In this document: piece after piece, positions 13,283-25,195 of the stretch
Layout of the letters: each line of letters opens with the position of its first letter
Numbering within the stretch: the first letter of the stretch is position 1
Assembly (NCBI RefSeq): GCF_001194135.2
Contig: NC_068992.1
Span: 15,885,459-15,924,385, forward strand
Length of the DNA: 38,927 bases
Direction of reading: 5' to 3'
Source: Octopus bimaculoides
Lineage: Eukaryota
The notes under the pieces: model-generated
Database searches by the model: none
The model's input: only the letters and a program-made list of their open reading frames with translations
Told to the model about the DNA's origin: nothing
Made by a program: the position numbers and the translations under genes

Positions 13283-13713
13283 GATGTATACACATTTATA
13301 TGCATGCTTATACTCACACACACACATACACGCAAACACTCACACACGTATATATATTTGCGCACCCGCACCACATACACACTCATATATTCTCTGCGGT
13401 ATAACTAGATTTCGATATATACATATACATACATATATACATGCTTACTCATACACGCACACACACACACGCGCACACATACACACAGACACGCAAGCAC
13501 ACACGCATACTCACACACACACATTCACTCATTCTCGCACATACACACAAAAACACGAATATTTTTATTTATATCTTCCTTAGTTACGTTTTATAGGTTT
13601 TTCCTTGACGTTAATGTCTCTGCTCATTGCGTATATCCTGTTTGATTCGTTTTGCTTACCTAGGAAAATGCAAATTCTTTTCTTATTATATTCTTCAGTG
13701 ATTCAGGGTGTAT

Positions 13714-14106
13714 GTTGTTGTTGTTGTTGGCACTCCGTCGCTTACGACGTCGAGGGTTCCAGTTAACCCGATCAACGGAACAGCCTGTTCGTGAAATTGA
13801 CGTGCAAGTGGCTGAGCACTCCACAGACACGTGTACCCCTTACGTAGTTCTCGAGGATATTCAGCGTGACACAGTGTGACAAGGCTGACCCTTTGAATTA
13901 CAAGTACAATAGAAACACGAAGTAAGAGTGAGAGAAAGTTGTGATGAAAGAGTACAGCAGGATTCGCCACCATCCCCTACCGGAGCCACGTGGAACTTTA
14001 GGTGTTTTCGCTCAATAAACACTCACAACGCCCGGTCTGGGAATCGAAACTGCGATCCTATGACTGCGAGTCCGCTGCCCTAACCACTGGGCCATTGCGC
14101 CTCCAC
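13714..14106 (-). mobile_element. SINE family B, full length, tRNA-derived head and (CAA)n tail
   Basis: The minus strand starts GTGGAGGCGCAATGGCCCAGTGGTTAGGGCAGCGGACTCGCAGTCATAGGATCGCAGTTTCGATTCCCAG (A box TGGCCCAGTGG, B-box-like GTTTCGATTCC) and ends in (CAA)n. Two further copies in the window. Confidence 0.9.
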
Positions 14107-14447
14107 TGAGTGTGTATAAACTGGTATATAATATATAGATATATACATGTGTGTGTCTTTATATATGTATATATATATATGTATGTGTATATATATATAT
14201 ATGTAAATATTCACACACACCTGCATATACTACACGTATATTGCTACATCGATATGCATACACACAATATAAGCGTGGGATTAGGCATCGATCATATTAC
14301 AACTCACTGTTTCACCGACCATCGCTTCAACGGTTCTGCTGTCATTTGGTAAGTGTTGAGGTCATGGTGAAGAAAGTTCAGTTTATTGTGTACTTCATTC
14401 ATTTGTCTAATTCTCCATGTCTGTAGGCATCTACATCCCCCCACACA

Positions 14448-14503
<56 letters not shown>

Positions 14504-14624
14504 NNNNNNNNNNNNNNNNNNNNNNNNCCCTACTTAATAAATGCATGAGAAATGACCAAGTGCTTTGAGTAGTTTGGGTTATGTAGAACAGTGCTGAGAG
14601 CAAAGCGAAATTTCACACACACAG

Positions 14625-14700
<76 letters not shown>

Positions 14701-15339
14701 GTTTGTTTTTGCATGTGTGTATGCATGTATGTATATGTATGTGTGTGTGTGTTTGTGTGTATTTGCGTGTTAATGTGTGTTTGTGTGTATTAACCGCAAT
14801 ATCACACTTTGCTGTTTTCCTCTGATGTTGCTTTGTCGGTTTGGCAGTTATCTGCAAAGAGGCTTTCTTTCTGCTGTCGATAATGTATCAAACAAATATT
14901 GATGCCTATTAAATCGACTCTACCTCTCTCACCAAATTGTTGGCCCTGTGACTAACTTGGAAACCATAATTCTATATTTCAGATTAATAAGAATTTGCAT
15001 ATTTAGCTGGGAATTAGGAAATTATTCTATAGTTAGTAATGATAGTGCCAAAGAAGCAATCTCTTTTTAAAAGTTGAACCATGGCCTTCAAGATAATTCG
15101 TTCAGCTAAAGTATTTAATCAAATATTTTGAAGAAACGAGGAAAAAAGTAAAGAAAACAAGAAATAAATAATAAATAAGGAAAAACTAGAAAAGAAATAT
15201 CTTCTTAAACTGTGCTTATCTATACAAGCTTCAGTTGAATACAATTGAATGTATGTATCCTTAGAAAGGCTACAAAGTGAAGAATCTATAGCGATCGATA
15301 AAAAGACTGCACAAAGAAGATTTGTAAAACTTTTGTATA

Positions 15340-15615
15340 ATATTTGTTATACAAAACCACAGGAAGAGAAAGACACGCTGAAGACAAAATAAGATAATAA
15401 AGAGAGGAATTTATTGAGTTGAACCTCGCAACGCTATCCATTATTTACAACGACGTGTAGAATGTGTGATAATAGAAGGATGCTTGGTTGAGCACCCACC
15501 GTAATGATATAATAAACCTCTTTTAAGCAACACTGTTTTGATAAATTGGTTACAGTTGAATGTTTAGTATGATATGAAGAACATTAAATGAATTACGGAC
15601 ATTTCTTCCACACTG
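15340..15615 (+). mobile_element. Tc1/mariner transposase C-terminal remnant with probable right end
   Basis: YTKPQEEKDTLKTK and LQRRVECVIIEGCLVEH resemble the mariner/Tc1 C-terminal helix motif. A terminus-like ttcttccacactg lies at about 15603-15615. Confidence 0.4.
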
Positions 15616-17076
15616 CATTTTTAATATTTATGATACACAATGTTTTGTTTCATTCACTAAAAGATACATGCAATTTGGTCAAAGTTTAGTATAGTATGTA
15701 ATCCTAAACTGTCACTTCTGTCATACTCACCATTATCTGTGCGAATCTATTCTAAATATAACCAACATTTGTATTATTGAATTATCGAGAGTGAACTAGT
15801 TTTTATGTACAACTATGAGGTGTTTTTTTTTTCTTATATAATTTGTAGAAACGGTACAGTGCTGAACTAAGAAAAAATGTTTACTGTATAAAAATGTAGT
15901 TTCTTTATTTGAAAACTTGCGTTTAAATAACTACGATACTTCATTTTGTTTAACACAGTTCGAAGTCAATAGCAGAAAAAATGACGAAAAAGGAAAATAA
16001 AATTACCCGCGGTTATTATTGCTGTTAGATATCAGATCAACCTTCACCATATAGACTTAGGGTCATATGTGTCCCATTCATGACTATCTCTTTTTCCAGA
16101 CATATTGTATGAATGACTACATTATCCAAAATGTCTTTCTTCTGTGATTTTCTTTCGCCTTCAAAGCTGTTCTAATCAATTAGACTTAGAATTAAAGACG
16201 CCCATTCCCACCAAATATTTCTTTACGTAGATTATTTTGAACTGCATTATTTTTCTGCGTCTCAAGTTTGCTTTTTAAAAGGGGCTAGCGTATGATTTGA
16301 GGATGAATTAACTGTTATATACGGCAGGTGGAATGACCACATCGATGTACTGTTTTTAGCTGACTTGATCAGTATTTAGTGGGGCAAATAGTATAATCAC
16401 TGGAATGAAGGACAAAATGTTTGGCAGAAGCGCAACATTTTGGGCTTAAAACCAGTCGAAGTTTATTTGCCTTCTGTCGTTCCAAGATCGATAAATCAAA
16501 TATAATTCAAGAACACTCATTGAATAAATCAACTCTGCTCCCTTTCATTAAGTTGTGTCATCTGTGATCCGTGTGTATACGAAAACATAACACGATAGAG
16601 CAATTGAGCGAATGTCTTAAAGTTTGTTGGTTTTGACGGTTTGTATTCTGTATTGAAATACCAACAGCATTCATCATAGCTGCTGTCAAAAAGCATTGAA
16701 TCATTGACACGTGTGTTTTAAGAATATGTATTGCTGACTTTAACATCTTTTGTATAACAAGAATAACTTGATTTACGTTGCCTTTTTCTAAGTATAAAAG
16801 TTTCAGAAGTTCTTTCAACTCAATGGTTCGATCACTCACAAATACAGTGGGGGTTTAAACTGCAGCTATTCATTTCAGATATACTGGATTCTTGTAATGG
16901 CTGTTTGCCCATGGTTTCTGTTTATTTCTCGTGCTAATAAGTGAAACTCAATATTTTCGTTTTTATTTAGTAAATAACTGATGGGGAAATACATGAGGCT
17001 CTATTGAATTCTCAGGGAATATTATCAGTAAAAGCGAACTGAAAGCAAATTAACTCAGAAACAGACAACAGATATT

Positions 17077-17304
17077 ATCTTTTATCTTTTACTTGTTTGA
17101 GTCATTAGTCTGCGGCCAAGCTGGAGCACTGCCTTGAAGAATTTTTAGTCGAGTGAATCGACCCCAGTACCTATTTTTTTAAGGCCTGGTGTGTATGTTT
17201 TTGTCTCATTTGTCGGACCGATGAGTTACGGGAGCGTAAACACACTACAACTGTTTTTCAAGTGGTGGTAAGGGACAAACACAGATACAGACACNNNNNN
17301 NNNN

Positions 17305-17344
<40 letters not shown>

Positions 17345-17512
17345 ATATAAGACGAGCTTCTTTCCGTTTCCGCCTACCAAATCCACTCACAAGGTTTTGG
17401 TGTGCCCGCGGTTATAGTAGGAGACACTTGTACTAGGTGCTACGCAGTGGGACTGAACCCGGTATTATGCTGTTAGGAAACAAACTTCTTACTACAAAGC
17501 CACGCCTGGGCC
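17077..17512 (-). mobile_element. SINE family A, full length, older subfamily, internal microsatellite and gap
   Basis: Both halves present: 3' half 17077-17294; head 17345-17512 with ccaaatccactcacaagg and cagtgggactgaaccc. Confidence 0.85.
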
Positions 17513-17860
17513 AATATATTGGTGTCTTTTGATAAAAACAAAACAAATTATTAGATTCTTAAAACAATGTAAATAAGAGAAAAGGAGACCGTCGCTGGGC
17601 GTATTAGCAATGTTGGCGACGTAAGTGAGCGTTCAAAACTGGTTTCAGCATATTTTCCGCAGTCTATCCTTCTATAAATACCAGCCCAGTATAAGCAGAA
17701 AATGCTTAAGGTTTAATAAAATGTGAGATTAAAATTGATAACATTATTCGTATTCCTGCATCTTTATGAGAAATGTAAAAGCTTTTAATGGAACTCAAAA
17801 CCCAGTTGTTGTTTAATATTTAAATGTATTATTGGCGTATACTAAACAAAATAGCCTCAC

Positions 17861-17904
17861 CTGATCAGCAATGTAAGCGTGATAATCCTTCTTAAATTTA
17901 GCAT
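17861..17904 (-). other. Candidate first coding exon (MLNLRRIITLTLLI, phase 2)
   Basis: aagATG with an in-frame upstream stop, 14 codons basic then hydrophobic, donor CAG|GTGAGG. Downstream exon uncertain. Confidence 0.25.
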
Positions 17905-18109
17905 CTTGTCAGTACTGCTCACTGGTGGTCACCTCAGGTTCTTAATCAAAAGAATATGCGTTACACAACGTGTCTGACATCAGTGTAATAAATCGTTTTG
18001 CCAAAAAAGTCCTCATTTATTTTCAACCCCTGGTCTACAAGGATCGGTAAGATCGAAAATCAAAACATACGTACACAAGGAGATGACCTCAATATCAAAG
18101 CAAAAATAA

Positions 18110-18292
18110 GGAGATCTTTCGTTTTGAGTACATTTTACGTCATTTCTAATCCACGTGCGTTTGTTTATGCTTCCGTAAAGGGGTTTTAGGGTTAGGGTTA
18201 GGGTTACGGAAAGCGACGATCTTCTTCAGAAACATAAACAAACGCACGTGGATTAGAAATGACGTAAAATGTACTCAAAACGAAAGATCGCC
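18110..18292. mobile_element. MITE, Mutator-like (9-bp TSD, long TIR) with internal (TTAGGG)n
   Basis: Perfect 57-bp inverted repeat 18113-18169 / 18233-18289, extending to GG/CC ends. Identical 9-bp flanks CAAAAATAA at 18101-18109 and 18293-18301. Confidence 0.85.
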
Positions 18293-18350
18293 CAAAAATA
18301 ATTCAATAGCTGTCCAGCTTACAGTGACGAACAATATCTGGTTATCTGAA

Positions 18351-18520
18351 GGCGCATGACATAGCGGTTAAGAACGCTGCGCTCACGATCATGAAATCGT
18401 GGTTTCAATTCCCAGACCAGCTGCGCGGTGTGTTCTTGAGCAAAATATTTCATTTTACGTTGCTCCATTTTATGCCACTGTAAATGGATAACCCTGCGAT
18501 GCAGTAGCCGATTATGCGAG
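18351..18520 (+). mobile_element. SINE family D (tRNA-like head related to family B), diverged
   Basis: ggcgcatgacatagcggttaag...gtggtttcaattcccagacc...gtgttcttgagcaaaa, with A-box-like and B-box-like motifs. Confidence 0.6.
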
Positions 18521-18980
18521 GAAAAATCATAGAAAGAAGAGAAAAATAATAAATAGTATGACTTCCTTATGAAATTGTTAACTTATAAAATTAATTTAAT
18601 GAAGGAAAAATCGTGTTATAGATTTCTCGGAAACTTATCTGTATACTAAATGAGAAATAAATACCTAATAGGTGATTTGCATCTCATGTAAGTCTTCAAA
18701 TATACAGCCAATATCAGTTGGAGAATCCTAATACATGATTCATTAAATTTTTATATTAACTTTCGAGTTTTAAAATAGCCATCATTACGGTATAGCATTC
18801 CAGCATTCCAGTGTTGGCTACCAAAATTATTTTTAAACCTGTAAATATTCTGGATAACTGTAACATGTAACATGTAACAAGAGTCTGAAGTTTGTGGGAG
18901 ACGAAAATACAGAATCGAGCGTTCTGTATTAATGAAGATTGTTAGCGTCGAGATTGAAAGCATGAACGGAGTACATGCGG

Positions 18981-19258
18981 TTTACTTTTTTACTCTTTTA
19001 CTTGTTTCAGTCATTTGACTGTGGCCATGCTGGAGCACCGCCTTTAGTCGAGCAAATCGATACCAGGACTTATTCTTTGTAAATCTAGTACTTATTCTAT
19101 CAGTCTCTTAAGCCGAACCGCTAAATTACGGGACGTAAACACACCAGAATCGGTTGTCAAGCGATGTTGGGGGGGGGGACAAACACAGACACACAAACAT
19201 AGACATACACATACATACATATATATATATACATATATACGACGGGTTTCTTTCAGTT
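18981..19258 (-). mobile_element. SINE family A, young copy, head lost in gap
   Basis: Close match to the reverse complement of about 30465-30750, including the tandem AAAAGAGT tail. Confidence 0.9.
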
Positions 19259-19644
19259 NNNNNNNNNNNNNNNNNNNNNNNNNNNNNNNNNNNNNNNNNN
19301 NNNNNNNNNNNNNNNNNNNNNNNNNNNNNNNNNNNNNNNNNNNNNNNNNNNNNNNNNNNNNNNNNNNNNNNNNNNNNNNNNNNNNNNNNNNNNNNNNNNN
19401 NNNNNNNNNNNNNNNNNNNNNNNNNNNNNNNNNNNNNNNNNNNNNNNNNNNNNNNNNNNNNNNNNNNNNNNNNNNNNNNNNNNNNNNNNNNNNNNNNNNN
19501 NNNNNNNNNNNNNNNNNNNNNNNNNNNNNNNNNNNNNNNNNNNNNNNNNNNNNNNNNNNNNNNNNNNNNNNNNNNNNNNNNNNNNNNNNNNNNNNNNNNN
19601 NNNNNNNNNNNNNNNNNNNNNNNNNNNNNNNNNNNNNNNNNNNN

Positions 19645-19921
19645 CGTGTACCCTTAACATAGTTCTCGGGGATATTCAGCGTGACACAGTGTGACAAGGC
19701 TGACCCTTTGAATTACAAGTACAACAGAAACAGGAAGTAAGAGTGAGAGAATGTTGTGGTGAAAGAGTACAGCAGGGTTTGCCACCATCCCCCGCCGGAG
19801 CCTCGTGGAGCTTTGGGTGTTTTCGCTCAATAAACACTCACAACGCCCGGTCTGGGAATCGAAACTGCGATCGTATGACCGCGAGTCCGCTGCCCTAACC
19901 ACTGAGCCATTGCACCTCCAC
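19645..19921 (-). mobile_element. SINE family B, 5' two-thirds (rest in gap)
   Basis: Colinear with about 13830-14106, including the tRNA head. Confidence 0.9.
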
Positions 19922-20565
19922 TACGTCTATACTACGCCTACTGCAACCTATATACTTCTTCAGTAGTTATTCTTACTTCTCGGCCTTTCCCCCTATTATT
20001 TTACTTCCTAATTAATCGTAGTAGGTATTTTAACAAAACAGATATTCTGACAAAACTGATTAATTATAAATGTAAGTAATGCTGGTATATTGCTAAGTTT
20101 TTCTTTAGTATCCTATTTTAACAAATACCCAATATTCTGTAATTCTCTATAATTTTGTGTCAAAATTGCAATCATTTTATTACAACTTACTGGTTTAATA
20201 ATAATAATATTCTGGCAATAAAAATTTTACACAACAATTCATATAAATTTTATACAACTTAATATTTAAGCTTGGATAACTTATATAACACTATAGTTAC
20301 AAACTCATCCTACACACGTTATTTTTATTAATTTACCGTTATAGTATCTCTGTCATGTAATTATCGAACAAGCTTCCATAGTTTAAAACATTTAAGTGAG
20401 TATCATTTGTAATTTCATGCATCTTGCGATGAAAATTCCTGATTAGCAAAAGTGATTTACATAAAACCTAATCCTATTGCGAACGCTACCTCTCAGTTGT
20501 AAATTCATACGGGTGTATATACTTATGTATATATACGTATATAAAGACATGCATAGGATGTCTAT

Positions 20566-20609
<44 letters not shown>

Positions 20610-21169
20610 TACGTATGCATTTCTATAGTTCTCAAACGATTCTCTCCCTTTGACCTCTGCAGTTTTCAAGCGATTCTCTCCCTTTTCTCTCTCTGTTTAT
20701 TCATCTCTTCTCTTTCTCGTACAAGATAGTAAAGGACATTTTATACAACGACGACGTCACATATATGAGTATGTAGGTGTCTCTGAGTGTATTATGTGGG
20801 TGTACGAATGTGTATGTCTCTCTGAATGTGCGTGTGTTTGTGCGCCCGTTACGTACGTTATTAAATTCACAGACACATCTACATATACATATACATATGT
20901 GACGAGAACGACTGGAGGTGAAACTCTTGATAAAAAAAAACAATTACGTGGAAGGTTCAAGTAAAATAAAAATACACATCTACCATTCAATTAATAATTC
21001 ATAATTATCGCAGCAGTTGCAAGGTTGCAGGGTATTTACAATTTGCTTTTATTTGGTTAATTTACACTGCATACCAAAATATAGACATACTACAATTGCT
21101 TACAATAGTAGAGACTAAAGTATATATTTTTCTATGTTCATAATTTTTGGCTTAAAATATGGAAAAAAT

Positions 21170-21702
21170 ATGCCACCAAAGAAAAAACGTAATCACTCCA
21201 GAAACACATGTAAAGCAAGAAGGAGTGCAGAAAACCGAAGGCGAGAGTTTCAATACATAAGGGACATGAGACTTTCTCAACATCAGCAACGGCATGCAGC
21301 AGCATGTGAGATGGACTCTCAATACAGAAGGGACATGACACTTTCCTGAGATCATCAAAAGCATACTGCAGTACGTCAAATACAGTCTCAAGAGAGAAGG
21401 AAGAGGAGACTTTCTCAACATAGGCAAAAGCAGACTGTAGCACGTCTGATAGAGTCCCAAGAGAGAAGGGAGATGAGACGTTCTCAAGACCACCAAAGGC
21501 ATGCTGCAGCACTTAATGCTGAATCATAAAAACAACGTTAAGTACGCCAGATTACACAAAGGTCCAAGAGAATAGCTCTCAGAAACAGACCACGTACAAA
21601 TTCGAGATAAACTCAAATTGTCGTTTATGGAAAGCTTTAAAATTTACTCCACAAATGTTTTGTCGTCAATGCTTCACTTCCCTTTACCACCTGTTTCAAA
21701 AT
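21170..21702 (+). pseudogene. Helitron-like Rep/helicase N-terminus with four 23-aa STPR-type repeats, inactivated
   Basis: MPPKKKRNHSRNTCKARR start. Exact 69-bp periodicity (units at 21268, 21337, 21406, 21475) encodes e.g. ESQERREMRRSQDHQRHAAALNA. Downstream WKALKFTPQMFC / LPPV resembles the Helitron zinc-binding-region motif. Several stops and frameshifts; ends at a gap. Confidence 0.6.
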
Positions 21703-21803
21703 ANNNNNNNNNNNNNNNNNNNNNNNNNNNNNNNNNNNNNNNNNNNNNNNNNNNNNNNNNNNNNNNNNNNNNNNNNNNNNNNNNNNNNNNNNNNNNNNNN
21801 NNN

Positions 21804-21848
<45 letters not shown>

Positions 21849-22349
21849 GAGGAGAAAGAAGTGCGGTGGGAATGAGAATTGTGTTCATTTTTATTTAATT
21901 TTATTTTAACGTAATACATTTTCTTTCCATGATATTTGTTTAGATTGCAAATATTATCTAATTTGTTTTGTTTGGAATTTTTTTCGTTATGATTACTGCA
22001 GATTTTGTTTTGTTTTCTTTATGTGTTATTTTTGATTTTTGAAATTTTCCTTTTGTGGGTGGATTGATAGGAATATTTTGGATGTGTTATAGAAATATTG
22101 ATTCTGCTCTGTTTATTTCTTTTCTTTTCTCTCTTTCACGACAAATATTACTAATTTCTCCAAATGATGGTTTACGTAACTGTAAAATATTTATGAGAAT
22201 ATTACGACGACTCCACCTGGGAGATTTTGCACAGTCGGCGAATCTGCTCGAAATTACAGCCTAATCTCCCTCAAATGGGAGCCCACACTCTCTAAAGGAA
22301 GTAAAGAGTACATTAACAAGTTAGACAATGATACAGAAAAGACATTTCA

Positions 22350-22579
22350 GTGAAAATCACAGATATGAATCAACTGAAGGAACGAATTTTGAATGAATGT
22401 GCTCTAATTGACGGAAATGTCGAGTTACTGAATCGGACTCATGTAAATCCAACAAAGCGCATCGAACTTTGCCTCACAAATGGTGGAAACCATGTTAAAA
22501 ATGTTATTCATTTTTGTAAGTGAATAAAGTTATTGAAAATATGTATTTTCGTCTATATATCCAGACTTTACACTCTCCG
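22350..22579 (+). mobile_element. Tc1/mariner 3' fragment (transposase C-terminus plus right TIR)
   Basis: VKITDMNQLKERILNECALIDGNVELLNRTHVNPTKRIELCLTNGGNHVKNVI at 22350-22523. TIR-like ccagactttacactctccg followed by TA at 22580-22581. Confidence 0.65.
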
Positions 22580-22835
22580 TATAAACCAAGTGATAATATC
22601 TTCGCTCCGCGACGAAGAGACCCCGTGTGTGTATAAAATATTAATATTGTTTGCAAACATTTAGTGAATGTTCAAATTACGTGACGATGAGATTATAATT
22701 GTATTGTCCGTATACACACATATTATCTAAACACAAATATTTACATCCAAGCAAAATACAAAGCGCTTAATACAATAAAAATATTGTATTATCCAAATAT
22801 GTAAATATGCCTTTTCATAGTCATATGTCTGTGTG

Positions 22836-22876
<41 letters not shown>

Positions 22877-22886
22877 NNNNNNNNNN

Positions 22887-22924
<38 letters not shown>

Positions 22925-23522
22925 TGTCTGTGTGTGTGTATCTGTGTTTGTATATGTGTGTGTGTAGTAGTAGTAATAGTGCCATTGTGGTAATAATTAT
23001 TATCGGTGAAATTATGTTCATATTGATTCATATCAATGTTATCAAGATGACGGAATTAATTAATATTAATGAGGGTAATTAAAAGAATCGACACTAGGGC
23101 GCTAGAGGAAAGTTACATGACCAGTTTCATGCGACATTTGAAAGTACAATGTGAAAATGTGTTAGTCAGGCGCTAGAAAATTTATCAACATGCAATTCAA
23201 GAATCAGTACTAGGGGGAGGGGAATTGGTTTCGATGTAAAGAAGTTTTGAAGTAGGAAAAATGTAATTTCGTTAAGAGACATAAGCAGTTTCTAAATCCA
23301 GACAGCTTAGTCATAAGAGAGAATGGTTATGAAGGGTTGAAGAGTGATATAAAGCTTCGAGTCTTTGAATTCTTTCTTCTTCTTCTCAGCACTGTTGTTT
23401 GCACTAACATTCTTATGCTCCATGGCCAACGCAACTAATTATTATAAAATAATAGCAAAAGACACACAAAGCTAAAAAAAAAACACTGGGGAAACTACAA
23501 CATTATTTTGTAATGATACAAA

Positions 23523-23724
23523 TTGATTTCAAAGGCTAGCAATTTTGTAGGAGGGGTAAGTCAATCATATGGACCCTAGGGTTCAACAGGTACTTATTTT
23601 ATCGATCCCGAAAGTATGAAAGGCAAAGCCGACCTCGACGGAATTTGAACTCAGAACGTAAGGGCGGACGAAATGCCGTTAAGCATTTTACCCGGCACAG
23701 TAACGATTCTGACAGCTCGGTGCC
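23523..23724 (-). mobile_element. SINE family C, near full length
   Basis: Reverse complement of 38604-38822, including gaatttgaactcagaac (B box) and aacgattctg. Confidence 0.85.
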
Positions 23725-23854
23725 GGATTGGTAGATATAAGTTAGCTTTCAATACTGGCATGGTTTCACCTATGATATATATCTTTTCGTCACCATGTTA
23801 ATGTGTTGGAGTAACACTTATGGTCTTTAAAAGTAAAGTATATGAAATATAATA

Positions 23855-23902
<48 letters not shown>

Positions 23903-24851
23903 NNNNNNNNNNNNNNNNNNNNNNNNNNNNNNNNNNNNNNNNNNNNNNNNNNNNNNNNNNNNNNNNNNNNNNNNNNNNNNNNNNNNNNNNNNNNNNNNNN
24001 NNNNNNNNNNNNNNNNNNNNNNNNNNNNNNNNNNNNNNNNNNNNNNNNNNNNNNNNNNNNNNNNNNNNNNNNNNNNNNNNNNNNNNNNNNNNNNNNNNNN
24101 NNNNNNNNNNNNNNNNNNNNNNNNNNNNNNNNNNNNNNNNNNNNNNNNNNNNNNNNNNNNNNNNNNNNNNNNNNNNNNNNNNNNNNNNNNNNNNNNNNNN
24201 NNNNNNNNNNNNNNNNNNNNNNNNNNNNNNNNNNNNNNNNNNNNNNNNNNNNNNNNNNNNNNNNNNNNNNNNNNNNNNNNNNNNNNNNNNNNNNNNNNNN
24301 NNNNNNNNNNNNNNNNNNNNNNNNNNNNNNNNNNNNNNNNNNNNNNNNNNNNNNNNNNNNNNNNNNNNNNNNNNNNNNNNNNNNNNNNNNNNNNNNNNNN
24401 NNNNNNNNNNNNNNNNNNNNNNNNNNNNNNNNNNNNNNNNNNNNNNNNNNNNNNNNNNNNNNNNNNNNNNNNNNNNNNNNNNNNNNNNNNNNNNNNNNNN
24501 NNNNNNNNNNNNNNNNNNNNNNNNNNNNNNNNNNNNNNNNNNNNNNNNNNNNNNNNNNNNNNNNNNNNNNNNNNNNNNNNNNNNNNNNNNNNNNNNNNNN
24601 NNNNNNNNNNNNNNNNNNNNNNNNNNNNNNNNNNNNNNNNNNNNNNNNNNNNNNNNNNNNNNNNNNNNNNNNNNNNNNNNNNNNNNNNNNNNNNNNNNNN
24701 NNNNNNNNNNNNNNNNNNNNNNNNNNNNNNNNNNNNNNNNNNNNNNNNNNNNNNNNNNNNNNNNNNNNNNNNNNNNNNNNNNNNNNNNNNNNNNNNNNNN
24801 NNNNNNNNNNNNNNNNNNNNNNNNNNNNNNNNNNNNNNNNNNTACATTTCT

Positions 24852-24895
<44 letters not shown>

Positions 24896-25136
24896 GTGTG
24901 CGTTTGTGTTTATGTGCGTATGTATTTATGTATATGTGTGTACGCGTACACGCGCACACGCACTGGCACATAGTATGGATATACATGTATACATATATAC
25001 ATACGTATGCACAAGTACATGTACATACAGATATACATAAACATATATGTGTGTATGTTTGAGTGTGTTTGTTTGTGTACATAAACGTAAGTCTTACGTA
25101 AATACATCCGTTCATCTTTGAAGTGATTTACAATAC

Positions 25137-25195
25137 AGGCACGGGACGAGAGGCACGGGACGAGAGGCACGGGACGAGAGGCACGGGACGAGAGG
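25137..25195. repeat. GC-rich 14-bp tandem repeat (AGGCACGGGACGAG) x4.2
   Basis: Four exact units read directly. Confidence 0.95.

Noticed and set aside
13645-13700. Strong minus-strand donor TTCCTAG|GTAAGC similar to the one at 5951
   Set aside because: An in-frame stop lies just upstream, with no ATG and no good acceptor; not supportable as an exon.
14040-14106. tRNA-like sequences here and at 18351, 19860, 30326, 36943, 38604
   Set aside because: These are SINE heads with A/B boxes continuing into SINE bodies; I found no complete cloverleaf, so none is called a tRNA gene.
18180-18206. TTAGGG repeats as a chromosome end or fusion site
   Set aside because: Only three units, enclosed by TIRs and a TSD, so they belong to the MITE.
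22599-22620. Hairpin TCTTCG/CGAAGA containing CGACGAAGAG, shared with the motif at 33061
   Set aside because: No GAAAC follows and there is no CTRR end; it fits neither a hammerhead nor a Helitron terminus.
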